From an uncultured Gammaproteobacteria bacterium (GTDB lineage Bacteria; Patescibacteriota; Patescibacteriia; UBA11705): DNA of 61,202 bases. The translations under genes and the position numbers were made by a program. The first letter of the stretch is position 1. Each line of letters starts with the position of its first letter. The stretch is taken from assembly GCA_964592195.1 (NCBI GenBank), contig CAZQEI010000006.1, positions 1 through 61,202 on the forward strand, given 5' to 3'. This document shows positions 24,250 through 32,985 of the stretch, piece after piece. Under the pieces are notes generated by a model. It had not been told where the DNA came from. It ran no database searches and was given only the letters and a program-made list of their open reading frames with translations.

Positions 24250-25650
24250 TCATCTAATAGTAAACTTACCTTCTCTCGTCTCGTTCACTGAAATCAATTC
24301 GATCTTGGTTCTAAGCAACTTTTCCACATGACGAACAAACGCTTGCGCGTTCTTGGGCAAATCTGAGAAATCTTTGCAAGCTCGAATATTATCAATCCAA
24401 CCTGGAAGGTAATGGCAAATGGGATGACATTTTTCCAAAACTCTAGTAACTTTATCTCGGTCAATCGTTCTCGGCTGAATATCTGTGATGGTGAATGTTC
24501 CATTCCCGTTCTTTGAATAAACAAAATTGTCTACCAAATCATCTTCATCGCCTTCATATTCATAAGCATTGCAAACGGGCAATTGAAGCAGGCCAGAAAG
24601 CTGATCCAAGCAAGTCATGGCTAGACCGTCTACTCCGTCATTGGCTTCAATGCCGTAACGAAGCAGGACGAGATCCAGTGGACCAACTCGGAATGGACCT
24701 TGCCAATCATTACGCAAATTAAAATGATCATAATAGAATGAATCATACCGAATATCTTCTGTTGGCAACGGACCAGAACCATGGCGATGAGCATAGGCGC
24801 GGAATACGCCAAGCTTGCGAGGTTTTTCCGGTAGGGGATGAAGTTCAAATGCTTGATGGTAAGTAACTTTTGCTTGTGTGATGTGAGGGGTAAAGCCAAA
24901 ATGACGATCAAGCAAAGCGCCTTGTGATCCTTCGTAAAGCAAAGGTCGTCCAGCTTGAATTTGCGACATCAAGTAATTGTTTCCCAAATCAAAATGAATA
25001 CCCATGTCTTCCAAAAATGCTTTATAGAAATCAGCCAGCTTGTGAATGGTGTATTGATACCGGAAATGCTCGTAAATTTTGTGAGCCGCTTCATTGTCAG
25101 GATTAGCCGCCAATATAGCTTTGGCTTCTTCATGCTTTAGACTTCCAATAGTTCTCAGTTTCTCGAGTAGGTAATTGTGATCAATGCAATCCAGAATAGA
25201 AAGCGAAAGATTCTTTTCATGATCGCGGATCGTTTCACCGACACCTAGGCCACAGGAACCATATTTTCGATTACGAATGGCAATTCTCATTCTAGCTACC
25301 ATAACATGAAAAGGTGTAATAATTGTGACATTAGGAGAAATTACCATACGATGAATTAACTTTGGTTCAGCTATTTGATCACTCAAATATGAATTTTCAA
25401 CCAGCAGTTCCATTGGACACAAATAAAAATGACGAGAAATATAAGTGTTTACATCACGGTGGAAAGTTGCGGCGCCGAATTGCTGGAATTTGTGATGTCC
25501 CATTCTGGCTACAACGTTGTGGACGCATTGAACTGCTCCGCTGAACTTTACATCAACAGCGTTCGGATATTCTTCAGCCAAATAGTCAATAATTGTGCCT
25601 TTACCACCATCACCAAAACCAATATCGAGAATAATGGTGTCGTTGGGCAT
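24250..25650 (-). CDS. Divergent adenylosuccinate synthetase (PurA)-like enzyme
   Basis: Collinear with PurA. GFGDGGKGT matches GDEGKGK, CVHNVV matches NAGHTV, LYEGSQGALLD matches FEGAQGTLLD, RAYAHRHGSGPLPTE matches KAYSTRVGAGPFPTE, and YLPGW matches MPGW. The TTGRRRR loop and the TKLD Lys are not conserved. Confidence 0.8.
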   Translation of the reverse strand: MPNDTIILDIGFGDGGKGTIIDYLAEEYPNAVDVKFSGAVQCVHNVVARMGHHKFQQFGAATFHRDVNTYISRHFYLCPMELLVENSYLSDQIAEPKLIHRMVISPNVTIITPFHVMVARMRIAIRNRKYGSCGLGVGETIRDHEKNLSLSILDCIDHNYLLEKLRTIGSLKHEEAKAILAANPDNEAAHKIYEHFRYQYTIHKLADFYKAFLEDMGIHFDLGNNYLMSQIQAGRPLLYEGSQGALLDRHFGFTPHITQAKVTYHQAFELHPLPEKPRKLGVFRAYAHRHGSGPLPTEDIRYDSFYYDHFNLRNDWQGPFRVGPLDLVLLRYGIEANDGVDGLAMTCLDQLSGLLQLPVCNAYEYEGDEDDLVDNFVYSKNGNGTFTITDIQPRTIDRDKVTRVLEKCHPICHYLPGWIDNIRACKDFSDLPKNAQAFVRHVEKLLRTKIELISVNETREGKFTIR

Positions 25651-25701
25651 GTGGTGCTCCTTGGGTTTTTAGTTGTAAGTAACTATCAATAATAGTCTCA
25701 A

Positions 25702-25726
25702 GAAAAAAGCTTGGGATTCCCAAGCT
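25702..25726 (-). terminator. Hairpin terminator/attenuator between the vWA and PurA-like genes
   Basis: Minus strand: AGCTTGGG-AAT-CCCAAGCT then TTTTTT. Confidence 0.6.
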
Positions 25727-25743
25727 GTTCAATGAAGTATTAT

Positions 25744-26919
25744 TTACGATTTGGCTTCGAAGCGACCGCGACTGTCACGTTGTAGACGCTTTCGAACTTC
25801 GATATCCACGACATCGGTGCTCAGAACGAAGTTGGGATCAACCTTCTGACCATCGACCCAAATTTCCCGATTGAGGAACGAGATGTTGTAACGCTGAAGG
25901 ACTTCTCCAACCGTTTCACCCAGTTCATACTTGATACCTTGCTCAGTGAAGCTGGGCGCCGTCAGATTGGCATCAGCTTTCACGGAGTCGCTAGTCTTCG
26001 GCAAAGAAGGGGGTACGAAATTTTTGAAAATCTGACGAATCATTTCACGTCGAGCCGGAGTTTGTTCACGCTTGCGCATATCTTCGAGATAGCCATCCAA
26101 AGTGCGAACACCATTACCAAGTGCCAGAATGCCAAGCAACATATCGACAATCGCTTGATCTTCGGGAACAATGAAGACATTGTTATCACCGAGGACTCGT
26201 CGCCACATTTCCAGAACTTGACCATCATCAATGCTATTCATCTGAGTATAGGGACGGTGAATCAGGTAGACATTGTTGTTGAATTTCTTACGAAGATCTT
26301 CGAAAACCTTGGTAGCATTCGTAGAGCTGTGTTCACCACCAAAGACTTTGGTCAAGAAATTCCGAGTCAGACATTCATTTTCACGGAAGCCTTCATCAGA
26401 GACGAACACGCAATAAGGATTCTTGACTTCAGTCATGTCAACAAGGTAGGCGAACAAGTAGGCTACGACTTCAGGCGATTCCACACCCTGACCGCCACCA
26501 CCATGTTCATCCATGAAAATGCGCTTCAGTTGACCATCCAGACCTTTAACGACGACAGGATCACAAATTTGGATAGGCGATTGATCGCCGTTGAAAAAAT
26601 CATTTCCAATGAAATCTTGGAACATACCTACATGAATCTGATGATCGGGAAAATATCCTTGAGTTTGAGTTTCCCGTGAATAGTTCGGCATACGATCGAG
26701 CATGGCTTTGGGTGCCGTATCCATGGAACCAGTAATGTCCAATCCAAGAGCAAGGAAGTTCTTAGCTGTCACCTTGAACTTTCTACCATAAGGAAGAATA
26801 TCATTGGTTTGAACCTTTTTTTCGAAGAACTTCTCAGAAAAGTCAGTCGTTCCACGATGAGTTCTTTGTGACGATGAAGTCGTATCTCTATCGTAATGAC
26901 AACCACCCGGTCCGCCCAT
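25744..26919 (-). CDS. vWA-domain protein with C-terminal beta-grasp (ThiS/MoaD/ubiquitin-like)-looking segment
   Basis: AAGGAGGG RBS. MIDAS-type strand LALGLDITGSMD (DxTGS), later CVFVSDEG. The C-terminus IWVDGQKVDPNFVLSTDVVDIEV resembles the ThiS/MoaD pattern. Confidence 0.7.
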   Translation of the reverse strand: MGGPGGCHYDRDTTSSSQRTHRGTTDFSEKFFEKKVQTNDILPYGRKFKVTAKNFLALGLDITGSMDTAPKAMLDRMPNYSRETQTQGYFPDHQIHVGMFQDFIGNDFFNGDQSPIQICDPVVVKGLDGQLKRIFMDEHGGGGQGVESPEVVAYLFAYLVDMTEVKNPYCVFVSDEGFRENECLTRNFLTKVFGGEHSSTNATKVFEDLRKKFNNNVYLIHRPYTQMNSIDDGQVLEMWRRVLGDNNVFIVPEDQAIVDMLLGILALGNGVRTLDGYLEDMRKREQTPARREMIRQIFKNFVPPSLPKTSDSVKADANLTAPSFTEQGIKYELGETVGEVLQRYNISFLNREIWVDGQKVDPNFVLSTDVVDIEVRKRLQRDSRGRFEAKS

Positions 26920-27010
26920 GATGCCCTCCTTAATCCCGCTCAGCGGGACTGTTTGGGGTTAACGCGAATTTGTATGTAAAGAACGTTCAAAAATAGATAA
27001 TTTCATTCTT

Positions 27011-27047
27011 TTCCGCCGGAGGCGGATCCGCCTTTGGCGGAGGAATT
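27011..27047. repeat. GC-rich double-hairpin repeat (family E), copy 2, inside the vWA-gene leader
   Basis: TTCCGCCGGAGGCGGATCCGCCTTTGGCGGAGGAATT versus 44328-44364 TTCCGTCTGAGGCGGATCCGCCTTTGGCGGAAGAATT. The similarity continues into ATTTGGTGCTT. Confidence 0.8.
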
Positions 27048-27088
27048 AGGGATTTGTTATTTGGTGCTTGCCAGGAACTGGATATGTA

Positions 27089-27117
27089 TTTTTAACATAT
27101 ATTTTACCTCGTGTCAA
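27089..27117 (-). promoter_or_regulatory. Possible promoter of the vWA gene
   Basis: Minus strand: TTGACA, 17 nt ending TGt, TAAAAA. This would give a ~165-nt leader. Confidence 0.35.
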
Positions 27118-27159
27118 TCCAGGGAATTTTGATTTATAACGATTTTATCTAAAATTAAA

Positions 27160-27182
27160 TAAAAAACACGTCATTTGACGTG
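27160..27182 (-). terminator. Rho-independent terminator after the upstream 2-TM pair
   Basis: Minus strand: CACGTC-AAAT-GACGTG then TTTTTT. Confidence 0.7.
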
Positions 27183-27189
27183 GTTTATG

Positions 27190-27468
27190 TTACTTTGTCT
27201 TTCGTGCTCTGACGATTTCGTCCTTGATATCAACCATCTTCAGCAAGCTGGCAACAATGTTTTTGACGCAATAGCTGACCATGAGAATACAGATGCTACA
27301 GGTGGAGACTTTGATAAAGGTTGAGTACTTCACACTTTGAAAAACATTATATCCAATTAACACGGAAAAACAGGAAACAATTGTGACTGCCAAGAAAGCG
27401 GTGAGAAATTCAGTAAAGTGATAATTGAATTCATTCTGGAGTTGCAGTTCAGCCTGCTTGTTGCTCAT
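27190..27468 (-). CDS. Small 2-TM protein (92 aa)
   Basis: TM1 FLTAFLAVTIVSCFSVLIGY, TM2 VSTCSICILMVSYCV, basic C-tail. It overlaps the upstream gene by 20 nt. Confidence 0.55.
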   Translation of the reverse strand: MSNKQAELQLQNEFNYHFTEFLTAFLAVTIVSCFSVLIGYNVFQSVKYSTFIKVSTCSICILMVSYCVKNIVASLLKMVDIKDEIVRARKTK

Positions 27469-27781
27469 TTCCCTCTCTCCTTTGTGGGTTGCGTGACAGG
27501 AATGTGCGATTTACAATTTTTGAAGAAGCTAATTTCATTTCATTGTCCAATTCTTTAAGCGATTGAGTATCGTTGTAGATCAACCAAACACTGAGTGCTG
27601 TTATTACGATGAAACAAAAACTTATACCAAAGACTAATATTTCATTCGAATAAATTCCGACACCGGCTAATCCAATTGATAACAATAGAGTTAAAACGAA
27701 GAAAAGGTATTCTCTTTTTAGTGAAGACTGCAATCTTATATATTCCTTTTTCAAGTCTTTAAGTTGTTCCAATTGACCCAT
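27449..27781 (-). CDS. Small 2-TM protein (110 aa)
   Basis: AAGGAG RBS. Charged N-terminal helix, TM1 YLFFVLTLLLSIGLAGVGIY, TM2 ILVFGISFCFIVITALSVWLIY. Confidence 0.55.
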   Translation of the reverse strand: MGQLEQLKDLKKEYIRLQSSLKREYLFFVLTLLLSIGLAGVGIYSNEILVFGISFCFIVITALSVWLIYNDTQSLKELDNEMKLASSKIVNRTFLSRNPQRREGNEQQAG

Positions 27782-27832
27782 CGGGTGCTCCTTGTTCGGT
27801 TGATGATTTTTGTCAATGAACGATGAAGTGTT

Positions 27833-27861
27833 TTTATATCACAGTATTTAACTTTTGTAAA
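27833..27861 (-). promoter_or_regulatory. Promoter of the upstream 2-TM gene pair
   Basis: Minus strand: TTTACA, 17 nt ending TGa, TATAAA. Confidence 0.5.
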
Positions 27862-27945
27862 TAGTTTTGTAATGATTTTGGTTGTAATTATGTATGATAT
27901 ATGCTAGTATATGTTTATAATTATAATTGTAATTTTATCTATTTT

Positions 27946-30684
27946 ATGTCAATTTTTACCAAAATTTTTGGAGATCCCAACGATAAAGTCATTCAAAGTA
28001 TCCGCGTTATTGTTGATCAAGTCAATGCTTTAGAACCGACAATTCAAGCGTTATCTGATGAAGAATTGAAGGCTAAAACTGAATATTTTAAAAGTTTGTT
28101 GTCACAGGGAAAGACTTTGGACGATATATTACCGGAAGTTTTTGCTGTTGTGCGTGAAGCTTCGAAGCGAACCACAGGTTTACGCCATTTTGATGTACAG
28201 TTAATCGGTGGTGTGGTTTTACATAAAGGTGAAATCGCAGAAATGAAAACCGGTGAAGGTAAAACTTTAGTAGGTACTTTGGCTACCTATTTAAATGCTT
28301 TAACTGGAAGAGGTGTGCATGTGGTGACTGTGAATGATTATTTGTCCAGTCGTGATGCCACTTGGATGGGGCAAGTTTACAATTTTCTTGGTTTAACGGT
28401 TGGTGTCATTCAACATGAGTCTTCATTTATTTATGATGAATCATGGGCTGGTAATGATGTGGTTGATCAAACACGAGATGAAGAAGCCAGCTTCAAGGTG
28501 GAAAAATCATTTTTGAAACCAGTAACTAGAAAAGAAGCTTATGCTTGCGATATTACTTATGGAACAAATAATGAATTTGGTTTTGATTTTTTAAGAGATA
28601 ACATGGTCGGGAAACTGGAAGAAAAAGTGCAACGACCATTTTACTATGCCATAGTCGATGAAGTCGATTCAATTTTAATCGATGAAGCTCGAACACCGTT
28701 AATTATTTCCGCTCCAGCTGAAGAATCTGCAGCCATGTATGATCAGTTTGCTCATTTAGTTCCCAAACTTGAAGTCAATATTGATTATAATGTGGATGAG
28801 AAAATGAAAGCTACTACTTTAACCGAAGCGGGTTTGAATAAAATCGAAAAATTACTCGGCATGGGAAATATTTACACTGAAGGTGGTATTGAAATGGTGC
28901 ATCATTTGGAACAAGCTTTGAAAGCTCATGCTTTGTTTAAAAAAGATAAAGATTATGTGGTTAAAGATGGAGAAATAATGATTATCGATGAATTCACCGG
29001 TCGCATGATGCCAGGACGTCGTTACTCCGAAGGTTTACATCAAGCTTTGGAGGCCAAGGAAGGCGTTGAGGTTAAAAAAGAAAGTCGCACTTTGGCGACC
29101 ATTACTTTTCAAAACTATTTTCGTTTATATGAAAAGTTGTCCGGTATGACTGGTACGGCTTTAACTGAAGCAGAAGAATTTAACAAAATTTATAATCTTG
29201 ATGTTACCTTAATTCCAACCAACAAAGAATTAAAACGTAAAGATTTAACTGATCGTGTTTATTCCACTGAATTAGGTAAATTCAAAGCCGCAGCCAGAGA
29301 AATTAAAGAATTACATGCCAAAGGCCAACCGGTTTTGGTTGGTACCATATCCATTGAAAAAAGTGAATTGTTGAGTCAATTACTGGAAAAAGAAGGTGTA
29401 CCTCATCAAGTGTTAAATGCCAAACATCATGAAAAGGAAGCGCAAATTGTCGCCCAGGCTGGTCGTGTTGGGGCTGTTACCGTGGCCACGAATATGGCAT
29501 GCAGTGGTGTGGATATGATTCGCGGTGGCGCACCATTTAACGAAGAAGAATACAAGAAAGTGGTGAACGCTGGTGGGTTGTTTGTTCTTGGCACAGAAAG
29601 ACATGAATCTCGTCGTATTGATAATCAGTTGCGAGGTCGTAGCGGTCGTCAGGGTGATCCGGGTAATTCTCAATTCTATGTGTCCATGGAAGATGATTTA
29701 ATGCGCATCTTTGGTTCTGATCGTGTGAAAAGTATTATGCAAACTTTTGGCATGCCAGAAGATATGCCGATTGAAAATGGCATTATTACTCGGTCCATTG
29801 AAACTTCCCAACGCAAAGTGGAGGAATATTATTTCGATGTGCGTAAGCATTTAGTGGATTACGACGACATCATGAATAAACAACGCGAAGCTATTTACAA
29901 ACGCCGCGATGAAATTTTAGCCGCCGGTAGTGAAGATACTGCCAATCTTCGAGGCAAGATTATGGAAATGATTGAGGATGAATTGGAGCAAGTGGTTTCT
30001 TTCCATACCGCAGAAGCGAAAAATGGAGATTGGGATTTGAAAGAAATTGTGGAAGTGGCTGGAACGATTTTCCCCGTGCCAGGTAATTTGTTGGAAGAGT
30101 TGAATAAATTGTATGAAGAAAGTAAGCATGTGCATGAATCGGAAATCCGCACGATAATTTTTGATAAGCTAATGGCGTTGGCAAAACAAGCATACGAAAA
30201 TTTACATGAAAGAATAAAATCTCAAGCTCCAGATAAAGATTACTTACCAATGATTGAAAATGAAATTTTGTTACGCAGTATTGATAATCTTTGGGTAGAA
30301 CATTTGGACTCCATGAATACTTTGAGAACTGGTATTGGTCTCCAAGGTTATGCTCAACGTGATCCGTTAGTTGAATACAAACGTGAAGCACGACAAATGT
30401 ATATTGAGTTATTGAACTTGATTCAAAAACAAGTGGTATATTCAATTTACAAAGTGGGTTTGAATGTGAAACAGCCGACCGTTACTGCCCCGGAAAATTT
30501 ATCGTATTCAGATACGAAATCCTCCGAGGCTTTTAACCCGACTAAAGATCCATATCAAACTGCTAAACATTCGGAAACAAAATCTGCGAATAAAAATTAC
30601 ACTTCTGCAGATCATAAAGTTGGTCGCAATGATCCATGTCCGTGTGGGAGCGGAAAAAAGTATAAGAAGTGCCATGGTGGGTAA
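27946..30684 (+). CDS. secA: Preprotein translocase ATPase SecA
   Basis: [10 protein letters not shown] Walker [29 protein letters not shown], and a C-terminal zinc motif [17 protein letters not shown] 27946 gives the canonical MSIFTKIFG start. Confidence 0.97.
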   Translation: MSIFTKIFGDPNDKVIQSIRVIVDQVNALEPTIQALSDEELKAKTEYFKSLLSQGKTLDDILPEVFAVVREASKRTTGLRHFDVQLIGGVVLHKGEIAEMKTGEGKTLVGTLATYLNALTGRGVHVVTVNDYLSSRDATWMGQVYNFLGLTVGVIQHESSFIYDESWAGNDVVDQTRDEEASFKVEKSFLKPVTRKEAYACDITYGTNNEFGFDFLRDNMVGKLEEKVQRPFYYAIVDEVDSILIDEARTPLIISAPAEESAAMYDQFAHLVPKLEVNIDYNVDEKMKATTLTEAGLNKIEKLLGMGNIYTEGGIEMVHHLEQALKAHALFKKDKDYVVKDGEIMIIDEFTGRMMPGRRYSEGLHQALEAKEGVEVKKESRTLATITFQNYFRLYEKLSGMTGTALTEAEEFNKIYNLDVTLIPTNKELKRKDLTDRVYSTELGKFKAAAREIKELHAKGQPVLVGTISIEKSELLSQLLEKEGVPHQVLNAKHHEKEAQIVAQAGRVGAVTVATNMACSGVDMIRGGAPFNEEEYKKVVNAGGLFVLGTERHESRRIDNQLRGRSGRQGDPGNSQFYVSMEDDLMRIFGSDRVKSIMQTFGMPEDMPIENGIITRSIETSQRKVEEYYFDVRKHLVDYDDIMNKQREAIYKRRDEILAAGSEDTANLRGKIMEMIEDELEQVVSFHTAEAKNGDWDLKEIVEVAGTIFPVPGNLLEELNKLYEESKHVHESEIRTIIFDKLMALAKQAYENLHERIKSQAPDKDYLPMIENEILLRSIDNLWVEHLDSMNTLRTGIGLQGYAQRDPLVEYKREARQMYIELLNLIQKQVVYSIYKVGLNVKQPTVTAPENLSYSDTKSSEAFNPTKDPYQTAKHSETKSANKNYTSADHKVGRNDPCPCGSGKKYKKCHGG

Positions 30685-30686
30685 AT

Positions 30687-30950
30687 ATGTATCAACGTCC
30701 ATACAACATTGAAGAAATAAAACTTAATTACCCTAAACAAGCTGATTTTTTGTTAAATGACCCAGTCCATCTCTGGCGAGCGGAAACTGGGATTGAATTG
30801 ATACATGAAGAACCAACTCGAGAAGAATTGAAAAGAATTTGGGATAATTGGAATGAGATGACTGATGCGATGAAAGATTTTAGTAATAAAAAGAGTTTGG
30901 AGTTGTTTAATATAGATAATGAGCAACATTACAAATTCTTATCAAAATAA
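30687..30950 (+). CDS. Hypothetical protein (87 aa)
   Basis: ATG lies 2 nt after the secA stop. Confidence 0.5.
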   Translation: MYQRPYNIEEIKLNYPKQADFLLNDPVHLWRAETGIELIHEEPTREELKRIWDNWNEMTDAMKDFSNKKSLELFNIDNEQHYKFLSK

Positions 30951-30956
30951 CACGTT

Positions 30957-31175
30957 ATGCAAAGTGTACAATTGGGTAAGTATCAACATTACAAAGGTAA
31001 AGAATATTTAGTTGTCGGAATTGCCAAACACAGTGAGACGCTAGAGGATTTAGTGATCTATGAATCATTGTATGATAATGAAACGTCAAAATTGTGGGTT
31101 CGTCCTTTAAGAAACTTTTTGGCAGAAGTAAATGTTGATGGTCAAATACTTCCAAGATTTAAATTTATTGAATAA
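30957..31175 (+). CDS. DUF1653-family protein
   Basis: YQHYKGKEYLVVGIAKHSETLEDLVIYESLY...LWVRPLRNF...PRFKFI matches the family pattern. Confidence 0.7.
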   Translation: MQSVQLGKYQHYKGKEYLVVGIAKHSETLEDLVIYESLYDNETSKLWVRPLRNFLAEVNVDGQILPRFKFIE

Positions 31176-31180
31176 ATAAT

Positions 31181-31501
31181 ATGGAAAACATTCCTCAACC
31201 AAATAAATTGGAAGAATCAAAAGCTTTACTTCGGGCTGCCTTGACAATGGGCAGTCTTGATCATGTGCTAATGGCACTGACTGCGATAAATGATTATTTG
31301 ATTGGTAAAGGCACTTTGGTTATTGATAAAAGTACCAAGAGCGAACTTCAAAATTTATTCTCACAAGCAGATGGATTTGTTAAAGTTGCCTTGGGTGATG
31401 GCGGTTTGTCACGTTTATTAATTGAAAAAGAAAATGGTGAAGTGGAAATAATGCTTGGTGACGTGGCGACTGATGATGTGAAAAATAAATGGAATAATTA
31501 A
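31181..31501 (+). CDS. Hypothetical protein (106 aa)
   Basis: Tightly packed ORF in a same-strand run. Confidence 0.5.
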   Translation: MENIPQPNKLEESKALLRAALTMGSLDHVLMALTAINDYLIGKGTLVIDKSTKSELQNLFSQADGFVKVALGDGGLSRLLIEKENGEVEIMLGDVATDDVKNKWNN

Positions 31502-31502
31502 T

Positions 31503-32036
31503 ATGAAGCAACATCGTCCATACAAATTGGAAGAGTATAATTCAAATTGGCCAATCCTATTCGAGGACAAAAAAGCGATAATCGCAGAATGTTTAGGTTC
31601 TTGTGTTTTGGATATTCAGCATATTGGGAGTACTTCAATCCCCGGTATGATAGCAAAACCGCAAATTGATATCATTGTCATTGTTGATACGTTGGATCAC
31701 GTTAGGGAAAAGATTTCACAAATGGAAAAAAGTGGATTTGTTTCACGAGGAAACTATACGCATACCGGAGAAGAATATTTTACGCAAGATGCTGCTGATG
31801 GTTCAAGGTTATTTAGTGTTCATGTTTACCCAAAAGGAAACAGTCATGTTGAAGAAGTCTTAGCCTTTCGTGATTATTTACGTAGTCATGAAGTCGCGAG
31901 AAATAAATACATGGAAATCAAAAAAGCTCTTTATCAAAAACACCCTGATAATTATCATGATTATGATAGTGGTAAACACGATATAATCGCAGAACTTAAA
32001 ACGCAAGCACTAGAATGGTATAAAAACAAAAAATAG
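31503..32036 (+). CDS. GrpB-family (nucleotidyltransferase-fold) protein
   Basis: IQHIGSTSIPGMIAKPQIDIIV and HVYPKGNSHVEEVLAFRDYLR. Confidence 0.8.
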   Translation: MKQHRPYKLEEYNSNWPILFEDKKAIIAECLGSCVLDIQHIGSTSIPGMIAKPQIDIIVIVDTLDHVREKISQMEKSGFVSRGNYTHTGEEYFTQDAADGSRLFSVHVYPKGNSHVEEVLAFRDYLRSHEVARNKYMEIKKALYQKHPDNYHDYDSGKHDIIAELKTQALEWYKNKK

Positions 32037-32051
32037 CCGAGATCGGCTATT
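32026..32051. terminator. Bidirectional hairpin terminator
   Basis: TAGCCG-AGAT-CGGCTA with an A-run upstream, which reads as a T-run on the minus strand. Confidence 0.6.
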
Positions 32052-32057
32052 GTAAAA

Positions 32058-32324
32058 TTAATTCATGAGAACGAGGATTTCTTTGAGATTTATCACATTT
32101 GAGCTATGGCTAGCGACGTACGTGATAGGAATAAAGGAAAATTTGAAGTGAGGGAAATTTGATTGCAATTCACTAATTGCTGCGGCATAAGCATCAACTG
32201 GACTGGCATAATATCCATCTGTGATTGGCTCTCCAAATATAGCAGGACACTCAGTTATATGTATTGCTTTACCACCCGATGCGTTTACAGTATGATATTT
32301 CCATTGTGACTTTCCGGCTTCCAT
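32058..32324 (-). CDS. Hypothetical protein (88 aa)
   Basis: ORF with a good minus-strand terminator downstream but a weak RBS. Confidence 0.45.
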   Translation of the reverse strand: MEAGKSQWKYHTVNASGGKAIHITECPAIFGEPITDGYYASPVDAYAAAISELQSNFPHFKFSFIPITYVASHSSNVINLKEILVLMN

Positions 32325-32419
32325 TGGTCTACCTGGAATAGTTGCTGTGTTTAAATATTATCATAAATAACATCTTTTGTCAATAGGATCGGCAAATTAA
32401 CTTAAAATTAGCAAAAATT

Positions 32420-32833
32420 ATGAAAATCGTCATTTGCGGAAGTATGTCGGCCGCGAAACAGATGCAGAACATGAAACAAAAACTTGAAGAAAAAGGACAT
32501 TCAGTTATTACCCCGGAACATTCAGAATTACACGCAACCGGTGCTTTTGGGCCTGAAACCAGTGGGGAAGCGACTGAAAGGAAGATCGAAGATAATTTAA
32601 TTCAAAAATACTTCTGGGAGATTCAAGATTGTGATTGTGTGATTGTGGCAAATTATGATAAAGGTGAAAAGAAGAATTACATTGGAGGTAATTCATTTCT
32701 AGAAGCTGGGTTCGCGCATGTACTAGGAAAGAAATTATACTTTTTAAATGATATTCCAGATTATGTTAGTTACTATGATGAACTGGTGGCGTTTCAGCCG
32801 GTGATATTGCATGGGGATATTGATCAAATATAA
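32420..32833 (+). CDS. Nucleoside 2-deoxyribosyltransferase-like protein
   Basis: MKIVICGSMS N-terminus and NYIGGNSFLEAGFAH resemble the Rossmann-like NDT/Rcl-type fold family. Confidence 0.45.
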   Translation: MKIVICGSMSAAKQMQNMKQKLEEKGHSVITPEHSELHATGAFGPETSGEATERKIEDNLIQKYFWEIQDCDCVIVANYDKGEKKNYIGGNSFLEAGFAHVLGKKLYFLNDIPDYVSYYDELVAFQPVILHGDIDQI

Positions 32834-32890
32834 TCGTCACCCATTCGAGGGTTTGCTATGCAAACCACCTCAGGGTGACATATAAAAAAG

Positions 32891-32913
32891 ACCGCCAGTT
32901 CAGGCGGTTTTTT
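32891..32913 (+). terminator. Rho-independent terminator
   Basis: ACCGCC-AGTTCA-GGCGGT then TTTTTT. Confidence 0.7.
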
Positions 32914-32985
32914 CTACGAATAACAAATTTGCTACGCCATATCATTCGATATGGCTGTCGTGTCGAATGACATGACGAATCTACG
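32914..32985. repeat. Twin-hairpin intergenic repeat (family D), copy 2
   Basis: GCTACGCCATATCATTCGATATGGCTGTCGTGTCGAATGACATGACGAA. The single A-to-G difference from copy 1 keeps pairing as G-U. Confidence 0.8.

Noticed and set aside
25939-26679. 246-aa plus-strand ORF antisense to the vWA gene, and similar long antisense ORFs (36020-36739, 29960-30445, 54447-54995, 55691-56032)
   Set aside because: Each lies entirely within, and antisense to, a gene with clear motifs, an RBS or operon coupling. Their translations are low-complexity and lack start-site signals.
22919-27861. Prophage or holin-lysis cassette interpretation of the 2-TM island
   Set aside because: No endolysin, capsid, terminase, portal or integrase-like genes lie nearby. 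Holin-like topology alone is insufficient, so I keep it as an open hypothesis within the island finding.
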